From: Lepidodermella squamata
Lineage: Eukaryota; Animalia; Gastrotricha
Reading direction: 5' to 3'
DNA length: 64,000 nucleotides
Assembly: GCA_047495785.1 (NCBI GenBank)
Contig: JBLDXI010000064.1
Location: 1-64,000 of the forward strand
Shown here: positions 24,098 to 36,630 of the stretch, one piece after another
How the letters are laid out: the number at the start of each line of letters is the position of its first letter
Position numbering within the stretch: position 1 is the first letter of the stretch
Program-made: the position numbers and the translations under genes
Notes under the pieces: model-generated
What the model was told of the DNA's origin: nothing
What the model saw: only the letters and a program-made list of their open reading frames with translations
The model's database searches: none

Positions 24098-26979
24098 ATG
24101 ATTCTAATAATTCACATTAGCCTGTTGCTCCTAGCCGCAGACGCTCAACGTGTCACACCTTCGTTATGGCGGCGTTGTTTCTCTGTTTTCGACAACGACT
24201 TTAACGGCTGTTCAGATGACTGCGGGGAAGTTGAATACCAGGTCATTCAAATACTCAGTGTCTTCACTCATTCATCCTAACATTTATCCCTTACCAAGTC
24301 CGCCATATGGTTCGATAGGTTTACCGATTGCCGTGTTGGGGTGAGTATGAAACTATTCCATTTTTCTACATTTGTGTCACCTGCTGTTTAGAACGCTCGA
24401 CTTTGCTACAACCGCTTTGAGTACAGCTTCAGGTGCATTCCTCACGCATTGCAATGCAACAAAACCACCGAGAGCCAGGTTTGATGTGCGTCTCGGTTTT
24501 CTCATCTTTTTCTCAGCATCATATCGACTCGCAGGCTGGATTCTTCAATGGACTTAAGACATTTTCTGGCAATTGGGCCGAATGCTTGGATGCCGCTCTA
24601 CGCTTGCCTGTGAGTTGCAAGCCTTTTACCCATATTATTTTTTGTTGACTTTTAATGAATATTACATTTTATTTCAGTTGCAGCCATTTGAACGCTGTTT
24701 TGCTGGCGGAAGCTTTGCTTCCTGTTTTCCTATTTCTCTTGGCTGCCCGGCAAATTTGGTAATTTCACAGTACTGACATCTGATTTCAATGAGTACTGAT
24801 TTCAAGGACGTTATCGGAGATCTACTTCCCTCCGGCAATCTAGGACAATGCGCAAGAGGCTTTGGTAAATTTTCGGGTATCTACGCTCATTTCAATTAAC
24901 CTCGTTTTTGATAGTCCCCCCTGCTGTTATCGATGACCAAAAGCCGCACGTTCGCTGTATGAACGAGAGAACTGGCAAGTTTGTAGCTTGCCGCCGCGAA
25001 AGCACAGGCTGCTCACCGGACATCCAGATGACTGCGCCACAGCCTTACGCAAACAAAAACATGTGCCTTAAAGGGGTGTGTTCTTACAATTTCTGTGGTT
25101 ATTCTGAATTTTCTGCTTTTTCATCAAGAATGCTGTCCTCTGCCACGAATCATCCGGCGTAACGTGTCGTGCCTTCTGCGAGACAAAATCAGATAGAGTT
25201 TGCTCCGAAATCAGTTATTCATCTTTTTTTTACGCAGTGCATTGTCACAGCTGTCGGTCTTCTCGAGTTCCGCTGACTTCGCAACTAATCTTGAGGAATG
25301 TCAGCGTAGCAGATACACTGTGAGTGACTTTGTTGCTTCCCTTATCGATTCCGATTTATCGTATATGTTGTACGCCTTTAGAGGATTTAAGCTTTTAGGG
25401 TATGAGCATTGTATTTAACCAAAATAATGGCCAAACAGTGAGGGTGACTATCGATCATCATATGACCATATGTATTAATAGTTCCCTAGGGGAGGCCTGT
25501 TTCGATCACATAACAAGCCGAGGCGAAGCCGAGGCGCAGTTATGTTATCATCGAGGAACAGGCCGTACCGTGGGAACTATTTTACATATTGCCCGAAGGG
25601 GACAGCTATCACCGTTATCGAGATACAGTGGTTTGAGTGCGTCGAAATCCACATAATTCACATAATTCGCTACATATTAAAAAACCGAGGGGGACGAATT
25701 TGTAAACAATAAAAAATCCATCTTAATTATGAAAGCTAGATAATTTTGCATTTTTAAACTTGGAAACTGAATTTTCTGAATTTAAACTCTAATCAACGCA
25801 TTTTGACGATGAAAAGCCGGGCCAATTTCTGAAATCGCAAATTGCTGACACGTTCAGCAGCTTCACGTCTGAATCTCGGGCATGCAGTAGTGGAAAAATA
25901 GGTCTCGAAAAATTTGAAATAATTGAAACTCGTCTCGGCATTCGTTGCACTCGGCTGCGCCTCGTTTCACTCATGCTTCGACTCGTTTCAAGTTTGGAAC
26001 TGACCGATTTCATTTTGTTTCTGGCTCCCGCCTGTGGAAATGAAATCGTCGTTTAGAAGTGTAAGGCAGTTGCTGGTCACGTTTATCTAGCGGAATGATG
26101 ACACTAGTAGTCGGCCTTTCATCTCGCTTCGCTCGACTGAATTAAGCAGTTAATCGTTGCTTTCTCGCTTTGCTCGGTGCCTCGCTACGCTCGTCCCAAA
26201 ATCCTTGCCCCGTAATGCTCGCTCCGCTCGCTCTTACGGCGGGGCAAGGATTTTGGATCATGGCTCGCTTCGCTCGCATTTTAAAAAATCCGCCTTAAAC
26301 TGTCAATATGTGAAGTTTTCCCTAGGGGAATTATGTAACATAATTGTAATATGTGAGCTGTCCCCTAGAGCAATATGTTCTCCCAGTGGTCCGAGTACGG
26401 GGGGTAAGGGGGGTAAACAAACCCCCTTGGCGTTCGAAAATTTCTTCGAAAACTTCGCACCCTGTGGTATGTGTGGGTAATTTCATCCCTGAATTTATCT
26501 AGCGAGGATTATCCCATCGGGTTTCCTGCCAGGACACGAATTTTCATTTGCCGAACCTGCGTTTATGATAAATAAATATTTTCATGTAAATTTATGGACA
26601 GCGTGCAAAGAATTTCACTGTTGCGGTAACGGATTCAGAAACATTCACGCAAGACGATGCTAGAAGAGCCTGTTCGAACAACTCAAACTCGCGACTCGCT
26701 ATGATCGAAACCGAAGCTGAGCGACAAGCAGTTTACTCGGCGATGATAGACGCCTCGATCACCACTGCTTACATTGGCTTGTCAAAAACTAGCGACCAGT
26801 GGCTGTGGGCCGACGGTTCAGCCTATGCGGACATGCCGCCCTGGGCGCCTGGTTTCCCGTCAGAGGCAAAGATGAACCGATGTGTTGGCCTGGCGAGCGT
26901 TCTCGATGCAGCTGTGCATTTGACGGATGGGTCTTGCGCTTCGGCCTCAGCTATGGCATACATTTGCGAAACCTTTTGA
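24098..26979 (+). CDS. Gene B3: secreted protein, five 4-Cys modules plus C-type lectin domain, ~387 aa (24098-24241, 24299-24340, 24392-24478, 24535-24609, 24678-24758, 24807-24864, 24915-25075, 25129-25197, 25251-25319, 26602-26979)
   Basis: All ten exons translate in frame with conserved cysteines; last exon is the lectin domain. Confidence 0.88.
25481..26370. mobile_element. Transposon remnant in intron 9 of B3, related to the 34-36 kb foldback
   Basis: 25925-25990 matches 34568-34633; CGAGGCGAAGCCGAG and AAAATCCGCCTTAA motifs; hairpin at ~26196-26256. Boundaries approximate. Confidence 0.55.
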
Positions 26980-27370
26980 TTTCCTTTGACATAATCCGAC
27001 TAATAGCAAACTAATTACCTTAAATAGATAGATATTCAAATATTGCTTGTGTTGCGATTTTTGCTGATGTGATAACCTCGTAACTGGTCTGACAGGCTTG
27101 AAAAAGGTAAAAAAGCGGCTTAAATTAGGAGCCGGCCTTTTTTCCTCAGTAATTATTTTTTCGTGAGAAAATTATGTTTTTGCCCAGCAAAATCGATTTG
27201 CTGATCGATTTGGCATAAACTAGTTAACGTATCTTTTTCACACTATTTTCCTGCCAAAATCAATGATCATCCTGACTTGAGTGGATAAGTTCTTCCGTAA
27301 AAGATTTCTCGTCAATGAATTATTTTTCAAAGTTCACAAAATTGTTCATGCTCAATTGTTTAGGATCTCT

Positions 27371-30300
27371 ATGAATCTGTTTATTCGCATTAGTCTGTGG
27401 CTCCTCGTCGTAGACGTTGGTAGTCTGCCGCCAATAAAAAGATGGTGGCGCTGCTTCTCCGCTCTGAATAACAAATTCAACGGCTGTCGATACGAATGCA
27501 ACCAATTCGAATATAAGGTTATCATCGTCGTTAATTGTTCTAATCAGTAACATTATTCCTGTCTCTAGTCCGTCGTTCCGTATATATTTCACGAAAATTG
27601 CGTTGACGGGGTGTGTTTGAAAATATTCCGGTCACAATAGCCTATCATTTGATTTGGTTTTTTGCTATGAAGAACGTTACACTCTGCTACGACCATGTGG
27701 AATTCAGTTATCGATGCATTGAAGGCATATGGCAGTGCAAGAAAACCAACGAAATCCAAGTTTGTGCTCAACATAAGAAAATGCGTATGGCTTTCTTCAG
27801 CCTTTCCATTTTGCTGTTAATTTGCAGGCTGGATTCTACAATACAGGAAAATTTGGACGCAATTATGCAAACTGTATGACTGCCTCAAAGAAATTGCCCG
27901 TAAGTGGAGCAAATTATATCTAAGTTTATTAGTATTGCAAGTTCTCATAATAAATAAGTTAACTAATAGTCTCAACAATCTCCACTTTTCAACTACAGTA
28001 ACGAGTGGTAATTTTGGACAAAACGTGTTTTTCCAACATTAAAAATCAGCCTTTTTTCTAAACTTCTGAAATTCTTACCAATGAGTGTTGAATTTACCGC
28101 AAATTTTGAGAATTTTGAGAATTTTACTTGACCTCTGGCAAATTAAAATGTTAAAATGTGTAACTTTGGACATTTAGAGGGTAATTTTGGACGCTCATTT
28201 GCATATGCAATTTCATTGCAATTGAATGATCAGTTTTTCATGAATTTGTAATTACTTCAGGATCAGATTTCGAAAACAAATTATTGACAGATGGCACATC
28301 ATTTGTTTTTCAGAAGTTCAATAGAAATACGTTTCTGAGTTACCGTCCAAATTTACCCCATTTTTCACCTGTTTTTCAGGTAAACGCCCTGCTAAAACGC
28401 GTCGAAGGATTGTTATTTTTTCTTCGATTACAGGGACAGTAAAGATAGGAGATTATTACTCATGCCAGCTTTTTTGAAAACTAGAGGAAAGCTAATTAGT
28501 AAGATAGAAAGGGAGGTCCCAAAGTGGCCCCAAACTACTTGTAACTTTTTCTGAAATCCAATTTCAGCCCCAATCTCCTTGATTTTCATTTCAAACGAAA
28601 GGTTAAGACATTAAGAGACGGATAATTTTATGCAAAAAATCCATGATTTAAGCGTTCAACCCTGAAAAGCTAAGCCGAGTGTCCAAAGTTACCGTGTCCG
28701 CAATCACCACACGTTACGGTAATTGAAGAAAAGCAAGCAACAAGTTATTTTTCAACGACAATTGGAAAGAAAATTGAAATTAAAGTAACTGAATTGCATT
28801 TTCTACAACTCGAGAAAAAAGTGCCTTTCGATTTCAGTTGAAGCCATTTGAACGGTGCTTTTCTGGCGGCAAATTTGTTTCCTGTTGTCCTGTTTCCCTC
28901 GGCTGTCCAGCCCATTCGGTGAGTCGAACAGCGACGTCCGAACAGCTATCACCTTTCACCTTGTTTTTTTTGATAAGGGCGTGAATGACGATCTACCTCC
29001 CTACAACAATCTAGACTCATGCTTGAGCGGCGCAGGTAGTTTTGGAAGTCGGCTAAAACCTATGCACTTACTTGAACCCTCTTTGCCATTATGGCTTTGA
29101 TTGATAATTTTACAGTGCCACAATCTGTTATCGATGAGCAGAAGCCGCACGTACGCTGTTTGGATAAGAAGGCGGGTGATTTTGCGGGTTGCCGCCTCAA
29201 AAGCACAGGCTGCTCACCTGATGTGACGATGTACGCGCCGCGGCCTTTTGCAAATAAGAAAATGTGTCTGAACGGGGTTAGTCCACTTTGAAACTATTAT
29301 AAACAACAAAAAGTTACTTCTGATTTTCCAATGAAATACAACGCCAACTTTTCTGTGTACATTTTTGTTTAGAATTCTGTGAAATGCAACACATCATCCG
29401 GCACAACTTGTGGTTCTTTTTGCCAGAATGTCTCAGATATAGTTTGGTTTCAAATAATGTATTTCTACCTTTTTATGCCGATATTTCAACAGAACTTCGT
29501 CTTTTCGGGTTCGAGAGACTTCGCGACTAATTACCAGCAGTGCCGACTTTGTGGAAACATTGTGAGCGACTTTGCTTCTACCTATTTTGACTTAGATAAA
29601 ATCGTGAATGAAAAACATAATTAATTTCGATTTTCCGACTTTTTCCTAGCTCGAAAAATTATTATTAGCCAAAATATTTCTCAACTAAATAGCGCTGTGA
29701 GAGAATTCAAAGTCCAATATGCACAGCCGAAAAAAATCGGAAAATCGAAATAAATTATTCACCTGAACAATTTAATATCGTTGGATAGAGGAATTTCTTA
29801 ACGTGGATAAACTAATTTTTTCAACATTTTCAACATTTTCCTGAATTCGATTTCGATTTCGCCTTGCTGAAGCAATCGAAAAACTTGATACCGCAGGCTG
29901 ACGAAAATTACTTTTTGACGAAAATGCCCTCTCGAAAGGGGCGGTTATTTCAGATTTCGAAGCCTCCAGCTTCCTGAAAATTCCGTTGTATCACGATTTA
30001 TTGTGACTTATGGGTGTCGATGATTTGATTTGATTGATTCAGTCCTGGGAAAGTGGGACAATGATTGATTTTGATTGATTGAAGGAGGTGCGTGATTTAA
30101 TCTCCTTTAAATCAAATCAAATCCAAAGCATTTTCATATAACTGTAATGATTTTTACACGAATTTATGGTTGTTATTTTACTAGCAACGTACGAAGACTT
30201 TCACTGTTGTATTGAATGGCGAAGGATTACCATTAACGCAAGACGATGCCAGAAAGGCTTGTTCGAAAAAGCCAAACTCAAGACTGGCGGTAATCGAAAC

Positions 30301-30586
30301 CCAAGCTGAGCGACGAGCCGTTCATGCCGCGATGTATGAAGCCCCGACCTCCTTCGCAATGATTGGCTTGTCGAAAATTGACGACCAGTGGTTGTGGGAT
30401 GACAGTTCAGTTTCAGCCTATGTAGGCATGCCGCCCTGGGCGCCGGACTACCCGTCCGCGGCCAGGTTGAACAGATGTGTTGGGGTGGCCTTCCTTGGGA
30501 GCCTTGGAGAATTGTATTTGATGGATTCAAGCTGCAACGCGGCAGACATGGAAAATTACGTTTGTGAGACTCGATCAGTATCATAA
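27371..30586 (+). CDS. Gene B4: secreted protein, five 4-Cys modules plus C-type lectin domain, ~395 aa (27371-27517, 27569-27610, 27673-27759, 27828-27899, 28838-28918, 28978-29035, 29116-29276, 29373-29441, 29493-29561, 30185-30586)
   Basis: Ten in-frame exons homologous to B1/B3; lectin motifs AMIGL, WLWDD, WAPDYP, RCV, YVCE. Confidence 0.88.
27996..28719. mobile_element. Tc1/mariner-pogo-type MITE in intron 4 of B4
   Basis: TA on both flanks (27994-95, 28720-21); 25-bp imperfect TIR CAGTAACGAGTGGTAATTTTGGACA / CCGTAACGTGTGGTGATTGCGGACA (20/25). Confidence 0.8.
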
Positions 30587-31414
30587 CGTCATGCAGTCGA
30601 TTTATGAGTTCTGTTATAATTGATGCTGATGTAAATTGTGTGAGAGTTGGTGGAAAGTAAAATGAAGTAACTACTTCTTTCTTGCCTCTTTAACGCCACG
30701 AGAAGTGACTAGAAATTAAGCGCGTGTAGGAATACCTAAGTGACTTCTCAATCGTCACACATCAAGGAAAGCGCTCGGATGCCGATCGAATACACTATAT
30801 CCCCCTGAAAAAAACGTCATTAAAAATTTCAAGCTCACTACTTCACTATGATAATCATTCAAATTTATAGACGCCAATGGGCAATTTAATTTAATTTTCA
30901 GTTCGACTGCGAATGAATCTGCTGTTCTTGCTGTTCGCCTGATATCGATCTGCTTTCACCGCAGCCATTTGCTGTTCAACTGCCTCGCCGGCGTAAGGGT
31001 CGAAGTTCGATTCTATCATGAGCTTGATTTAAATGTTTTGAAGGTACCGTCATTTGGGGCAAAATGAACCTTTGGGGCTAATTGGCCAAAAATTGAAGTT
31101 TTCACATTTTTATCGATGGCTCAAAAACCGCAAGGTAAATTTTCTCAAAAATTTACGGGACAATTATCAACAAGCCTCCTACAAGCCTGCAAATTTCCAG
31201 CCACGTATGTCCCGAAATGAGGTCACGGCTTGTTGTTGCACAGAGGTGAGTTTAGGGAGGTAAAATGACCCCTCTAAATTGAATTACCTGGAGCCAATCT
31301 CGAGGTTTGATGATCAGATGAAATTTTTTCCTCCGACCATTTTCGTCGTAGATGACAGCAAAAAAACCGCGACCCCAGGCGATGCACAGGCATGGCTAGG
31401 TGATTGTGGCCAAA

Positions 31415-32188
31415 TCAGATTTCTCTCCCTAACCCCATTCTAACGGAAATTTGTGGAAAGTTCACCCTAGAATAGATCTATCGATTAGCGAAAACCGCAT
31501 TGAAGAATTCCTCATGGTTACGAAGTTACGAGGTTACGGGGCAAAACAAAATTTGCGCATACTTTACTTCCTAGTTCGAGTGTCCAACTTCGCGAACTGA
31601 TTTGATGGTCAAAAGTAGAGATGCCGCGGTTAAAAATGTAACTGGAGGCTCGCGGTTGACCACAGGGCCGGCCTGTCGTGGTCGAACCAGGTGGCTAATT
31701 GGAAAAATCTCGTCTTATGCTATATATTCATTTGAATTACTGAATCTTCTGGCTGGTACTCACGCTGGTTGCAATTGGTTGCAATTTCAAGTAAATTTGT
31801 ACTAATTCAGTGGCAAACTTCATCATTTTGATTGCAGGCAAGATTCCGATGGATGCATCGCATGTTTATTGTTTTGCAGTTGAAACAGCTTCGAGCGGAC
31901 CAGTAAGGAAGTGAATAATGCTCAAGCACTGTTTGTGGAAGTTGGCCAGAAACTCACAACTGATGAACATGACTCGGGGCATAGAGCGAAGTAGGACCGC
32001 GGAACTGCTGGGGATCCCAAAAATCGGCATTAGGCCCCCCTTTTGATCTTTGAATGAGCTCACCGTACGGACCGATGGAACTGGTAGCGATGATCCCTAC
32101 CATCCCTAGCGGTACTTCGCTCTCTGACTCGGGGGACGGCAAGGCAAGGCCGAGCTAAATTGAAGTCGTGACAATGAAATAAATGGTG
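31415..32188 (+). repeat. Second copy of the ~775-bp repeat at 16388-17161
   Basis: Direct alignment by eye. Confidence 0.92.
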
Positions 32189-33966
32189 AATAATGAAACT
32201 AATAGCAACCTAAACTTCATCCAAGAATGAGCAGCTCATTTTACACCCTGTGAAGGCATCATTCAAGCGTGAAAATCAATGCTTGTATTCGGCTTCGGCT
32301 AAACCTTGAAAAATGATCGAAGCAAATAAAATTCGAAGATAAAAGGTCATTCCTACATACGCATGGTAAAATTTTGCCATTGGGAAATTTGATTTCTCTA
32401 TGGTTACAATGAATTTCTCTATGGCAACCAATAATTTCTCTGTGGCATGAAACTGCCACAAATTTGGGCAGCATTTTGCTCAGAATTAGCCTCGAAACCC
32501 CCCATGTAACGCATTTTCTCGAGAATCGTAGGAAAGTCACAAAAACAGCGAAAACCTCAATTTTACTTGAAAGCAATTTAACGTGCAAAAACAAAAATTT
32601 GACAAAATGAGGCGAAAAACGAGGTCGTCGAAAACTCTTGCTGACAGCCGTCCGCGATGCTGATCAGGTGTACGCTCTGGATTCGCGGTTTTGAACAGCA
32701 ACAGAAATTCAGCGACTAGAGGCGACAATGACTGGTTTCTCGGCGAGTCTTCGACCGGCAAAATTGACCCAAATCCGTGGTTAATTTCCACCGCGACCTG
32801 GATACCATTTTGCAGCGAGCGGATGGCTTCTACTATTGCCAGTCTTCCAAACGCCGCGAGCCGCGATGTAGATGCATTGATTTCTGCGTGAACCCAGCTG
32901 GCAGGCGACCGATTTGAGTGGCTTCATGGAGACAAAGCTCGTTTCCAGATTCGATCGAACCAAGGCAACTGATGATCTTGGGGCTTGATATCGTGGATTG
33001 TTGTCGGCGCTCTGTTCCATTAGTCTTGACCACTGATGCTTCGGGCAGCCGGAGAGCATGAATCTTTCGATGACGAATGACGGTTGACCAAAAATCAAGT
33101 TGCCATAGAGATCAGATTAACCAGAGAGGAAACTCCCATGACAATTTGGATTGCAGCATCGTGTTCAGCATTGTCGAATTACCCAAGGTGCAAAGTTTTA
33201 CATCGCTGGGTTGAGCAGTTGATGCACAGTCGTGGGGAGCGTGCAAAAGCAAATTAACGCTTAATTTGTATTGCGGTGCTAAAAACTAATTATTTTTATT
33301 TCCTAATTTCTCGCATGTTTTTACGAATATTTATTTGAAACATGAATCTAATAGGGAATCGGCCAAGCTGAACACGATGGTGCAATCCAAATTGTCATGG
33401 GACCTCCAGAAGTGATGGTTTCATAGGTCGAGTATGCCTACTTTGAGCCTTAATAACTCGAGTTATACCCAAAAGCCATCCGAAAGACTTATGCCATCTG
33501 ATAGAGCACATTCCAAACTTTAATTTCTGTAAAGCTCAGCCGAAACCCTGACCCACTTTGGAGATATAGTGAAACAAAGCTATGCTAACTTGAAAAATAC
33601 ACACATTTTCGCGCATCAATATCTCCTGTTTGGCGGCACCTAATCGGACGAGGTTTGCGTTGCCAAGCTCGTAGCGAGTCGCCGAAGAAAACTGTGTTCG
33701 AGTTGACAATAAATAGCTCAATGTCAGTTTTCACGACGAAAAACAAAAATATGCAGTTTCTAGGCCATCGATAATGATTCGGAATTAAAAAATCCTTCTT
33801 AAAAAACTCGAAGATTTTTTTCAGAAAATTTTTGCATTGAGTTTCCTCTCTGGTTAATCTGATCTCTATGAAATCTCCGATGTCCGATGAAATGTCCGAT
33901 ATCTGATCTTAATCTGATCTCTATGCAAGTTGCAAACAAGAAAAAAATCGCCGAATGAAAAGTGAT

Positions 33967-36002
33967 TTTCTAATATATGTTAGAACACCGAGTTTTGATT
34001 CTAATCGAGAAAACGCGTAATTAGAAAAAAATCCGCCGTTAAGGCGGATTTTTTTATAATCTCGAGTAAACGAAGACGAGTGAAAAACGAGCAAGCGGAA
34101 CGAGGCGCAGCCGAGTGGAGCGCGAGTTTTTCACGAGTCGAAGTTTACGAGAGGGAGCGTTTTCGAGTTTAGGATCAAAACGAGTGATCTAACATTATTA
34201 GAGCACGGCTTCTAATTTTCAGGGACTGAGTTACGCGAGTTTTTCACTTCATTTTAATCAAATTTCTGCACTAGTGAGCATCAACTAGTACCTCGCCGAA
34301 CATGCCCAGCTCATCGAAATTAAGACCACCTTTGAGAGCGAAGCCAATTTACTGAATCCGCTGCGCCTAGCAATGCGAGATTCGTGCCAGTTTTGCAACG
34401 CTCGCATTATTGCTAACACTGGTGTGTGCGTGTTTATTTGTGTGTGCGTGTTTTATTGAGGGCAATAATTGGGCACTCGCCGGACGAAGAATGAGCCACT
34501 CGCTTGGCGATACTACGTTCAATAAACAGCGGGCAGAAAAAGTGGCTTGAAAAAGTGGGAAACGTTGAAACTCGTCTCCGCACTCGTTACACTCGGCTGC
34601 GCCTCGTTCCACTCTTGCTTCGACTCGTTTCAACGTCTAATCCAGGCTCGCTTCACTCGCCTTCCACAACTAGACTCGGCTTCGCCTCGTTTCATTTTAA
34701 AGGCATCGCTGCGCTCGCCTTTGTAACCTCGGCTGTCGCCTCGGTTATTAGCAGCGAATTAGCAGTGTGTGCAATAAAAATGGAAAATTATTGCTGTGCG
34801 TAAAAATGCGTTGCTGTTTTATGAATGAGTAATTACGCGCAATAAAAAACGCACGTGTTCTAATTCGCTAATTAGAACAACGCACGTGTTCTAAGTGAAT
34901 TAGAAATGCGAATTAGAAAAACGCACGCGTTCTAAGTGAAAAAACGCTAAATTAGAGGACTGCTCCTAATTTTACAATGCAAATCGCACGATTTCTAATT
35001 TTGAGTTTTTTCACTTAGAACGCGTGCGTTTTTCTAATTCGCATTTCTAATTCACTTAGAACACGTGCGTTGTTCTAATTAGCGAATTAGAACACGCACG
35101 TTTTATTGCGCGTAATTACTCATTCATAAAAGCGACGCATTTTTACGCAAAGCAATGATTTCTCATTTTTATTGCACACACAAAACGCTGTTAATAACCG
35201 AGGTTACCAAAGGCGAGCGCAGCGATGCCTTTAAAATAAAACGAGGCGAAGCCGAGTCTAGTAGTCAAAGGCGAGTGAAGCGAGCCTGGATGAGACGTTG
35301 AAACGAGTCGAAGCAAGAGTGGAACGAGGCGCAGCCGAGTGTAACGAGTGCGGAGACGAGTTTCAACGTATTCCACTTTTTTAAGCCACATTTCTGCCTG
35401 CTGTTTATTGAACGTAGTATCGCCAAGCAAGTGACTCATACTTCGTGTGGCGAGTGCAAAATTATTACCCTCAATAAAACACGCACACACCAGTGTTAGC
35501 AATTAGCAATAATGCAATAATGCGAGCGTTGCGAAACTGGCACGAATTTCGCATTGCTAGGCGCAGCGATTTCAGTAAATCGGCTTCGCTCTCAAAGGTG
35601 GTCATAATTTCGATGAGCTGGGAATGTTCGGCTGGGTACTAGTTGATGCTCACTTGAAGCGGAAATGTGAATAAAATGAGGTGAAAAAACTCGCGTAACT
35701 CAGTCCCTGAAAATTAGAAGCCGTGCTCTAATAATGTTAGATCACTCGTTTTGATCCTAAACTCGAAAACGCTCCCTCTCGTAAACTTCGACTCGTGAAA
35801 AACTCGCGCTCCACTCGGCTGCGCCTCGTTCCGCTTGCTCGTTTTTCACTCGTCTTCGTTTACTCGAGATTATAAAAAAATCCGCCTTAACGGCGGATTT
35901 TTTTCTAATTACGCGTTTTCTCGATTAGAATCAAAACTCGGTGTTCTAACATATATTAGAAATCGTGCGATTTGCATTGTAAAATTAGAAGCAGTGCTCT
36001 AA
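33967..36002. mobile_element. ~2-kb palindromic foldback element present only in the second segmental copy
   Basis: Absent at the equivalent site (~19400). Arms ~33967-34945 and ~35008-35963; rich in CGAGGCG(A/C)AGCCGAG motifs; no coding potential. Confidence 0.88.
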
Positions 36003-36630
36003 TTCAAACGAAGAATTGTTTTCATGAAATTTTAAGTTGGATGTTTTATTTTCTCGAAATGATTATCCTGAAATCACCCCTATGAACCCATTGCACCCTT
36101 TTTAGGGGCCCCAGAGGTGTCGTGCGCATGTAGGAATAGCATTATTCTATGGCTAGCTATAGAATAATCCTTTATAGCTTGAAAACTCGAATTTTCAAAA
36201 AATGAAAAAATTGTTAAAATTAATGTCGAAGAAATAGGCCGAAAAATTGTCAACTAAGCGAAGAATGGTCAATCTCATTAAATTTTCATCAACACGCGTT
36301 CGAATCGGGAGAAATTTTTCGATCTCGTTCTCCTTTTTTGCTAACAAGACAATAATTGATTGTCCACGCAGCAATCACATTTTGTAATTCGTCAATTTAG
36401 GTCATTTTTTGTCCTAATTGTACTATTGCGTAACTCTTCTAACAAAGCGAACTAGGTCAAATTCCGAATACAGGCAAACAGTCAAATTATTGTCCTGCGA
36501 CTAATTTTTCACGATTCAAGTTCCAATACTACGTCATTCTGCGATTTATCCCCTTCATTTTTAATGAATTTCCAAGGTTGTGTTAGAACGCTTCACTATA
36601 ACATTACGTACCTCAATTATGTTAAGCTTT

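Noticed and set aside
32600-33100. GC-richer segment with overlapping minus-strand ORFs
   Set aside because: Looks coding-like but has no identifiable homology or splice structure; left unannotated pending BLASTx.
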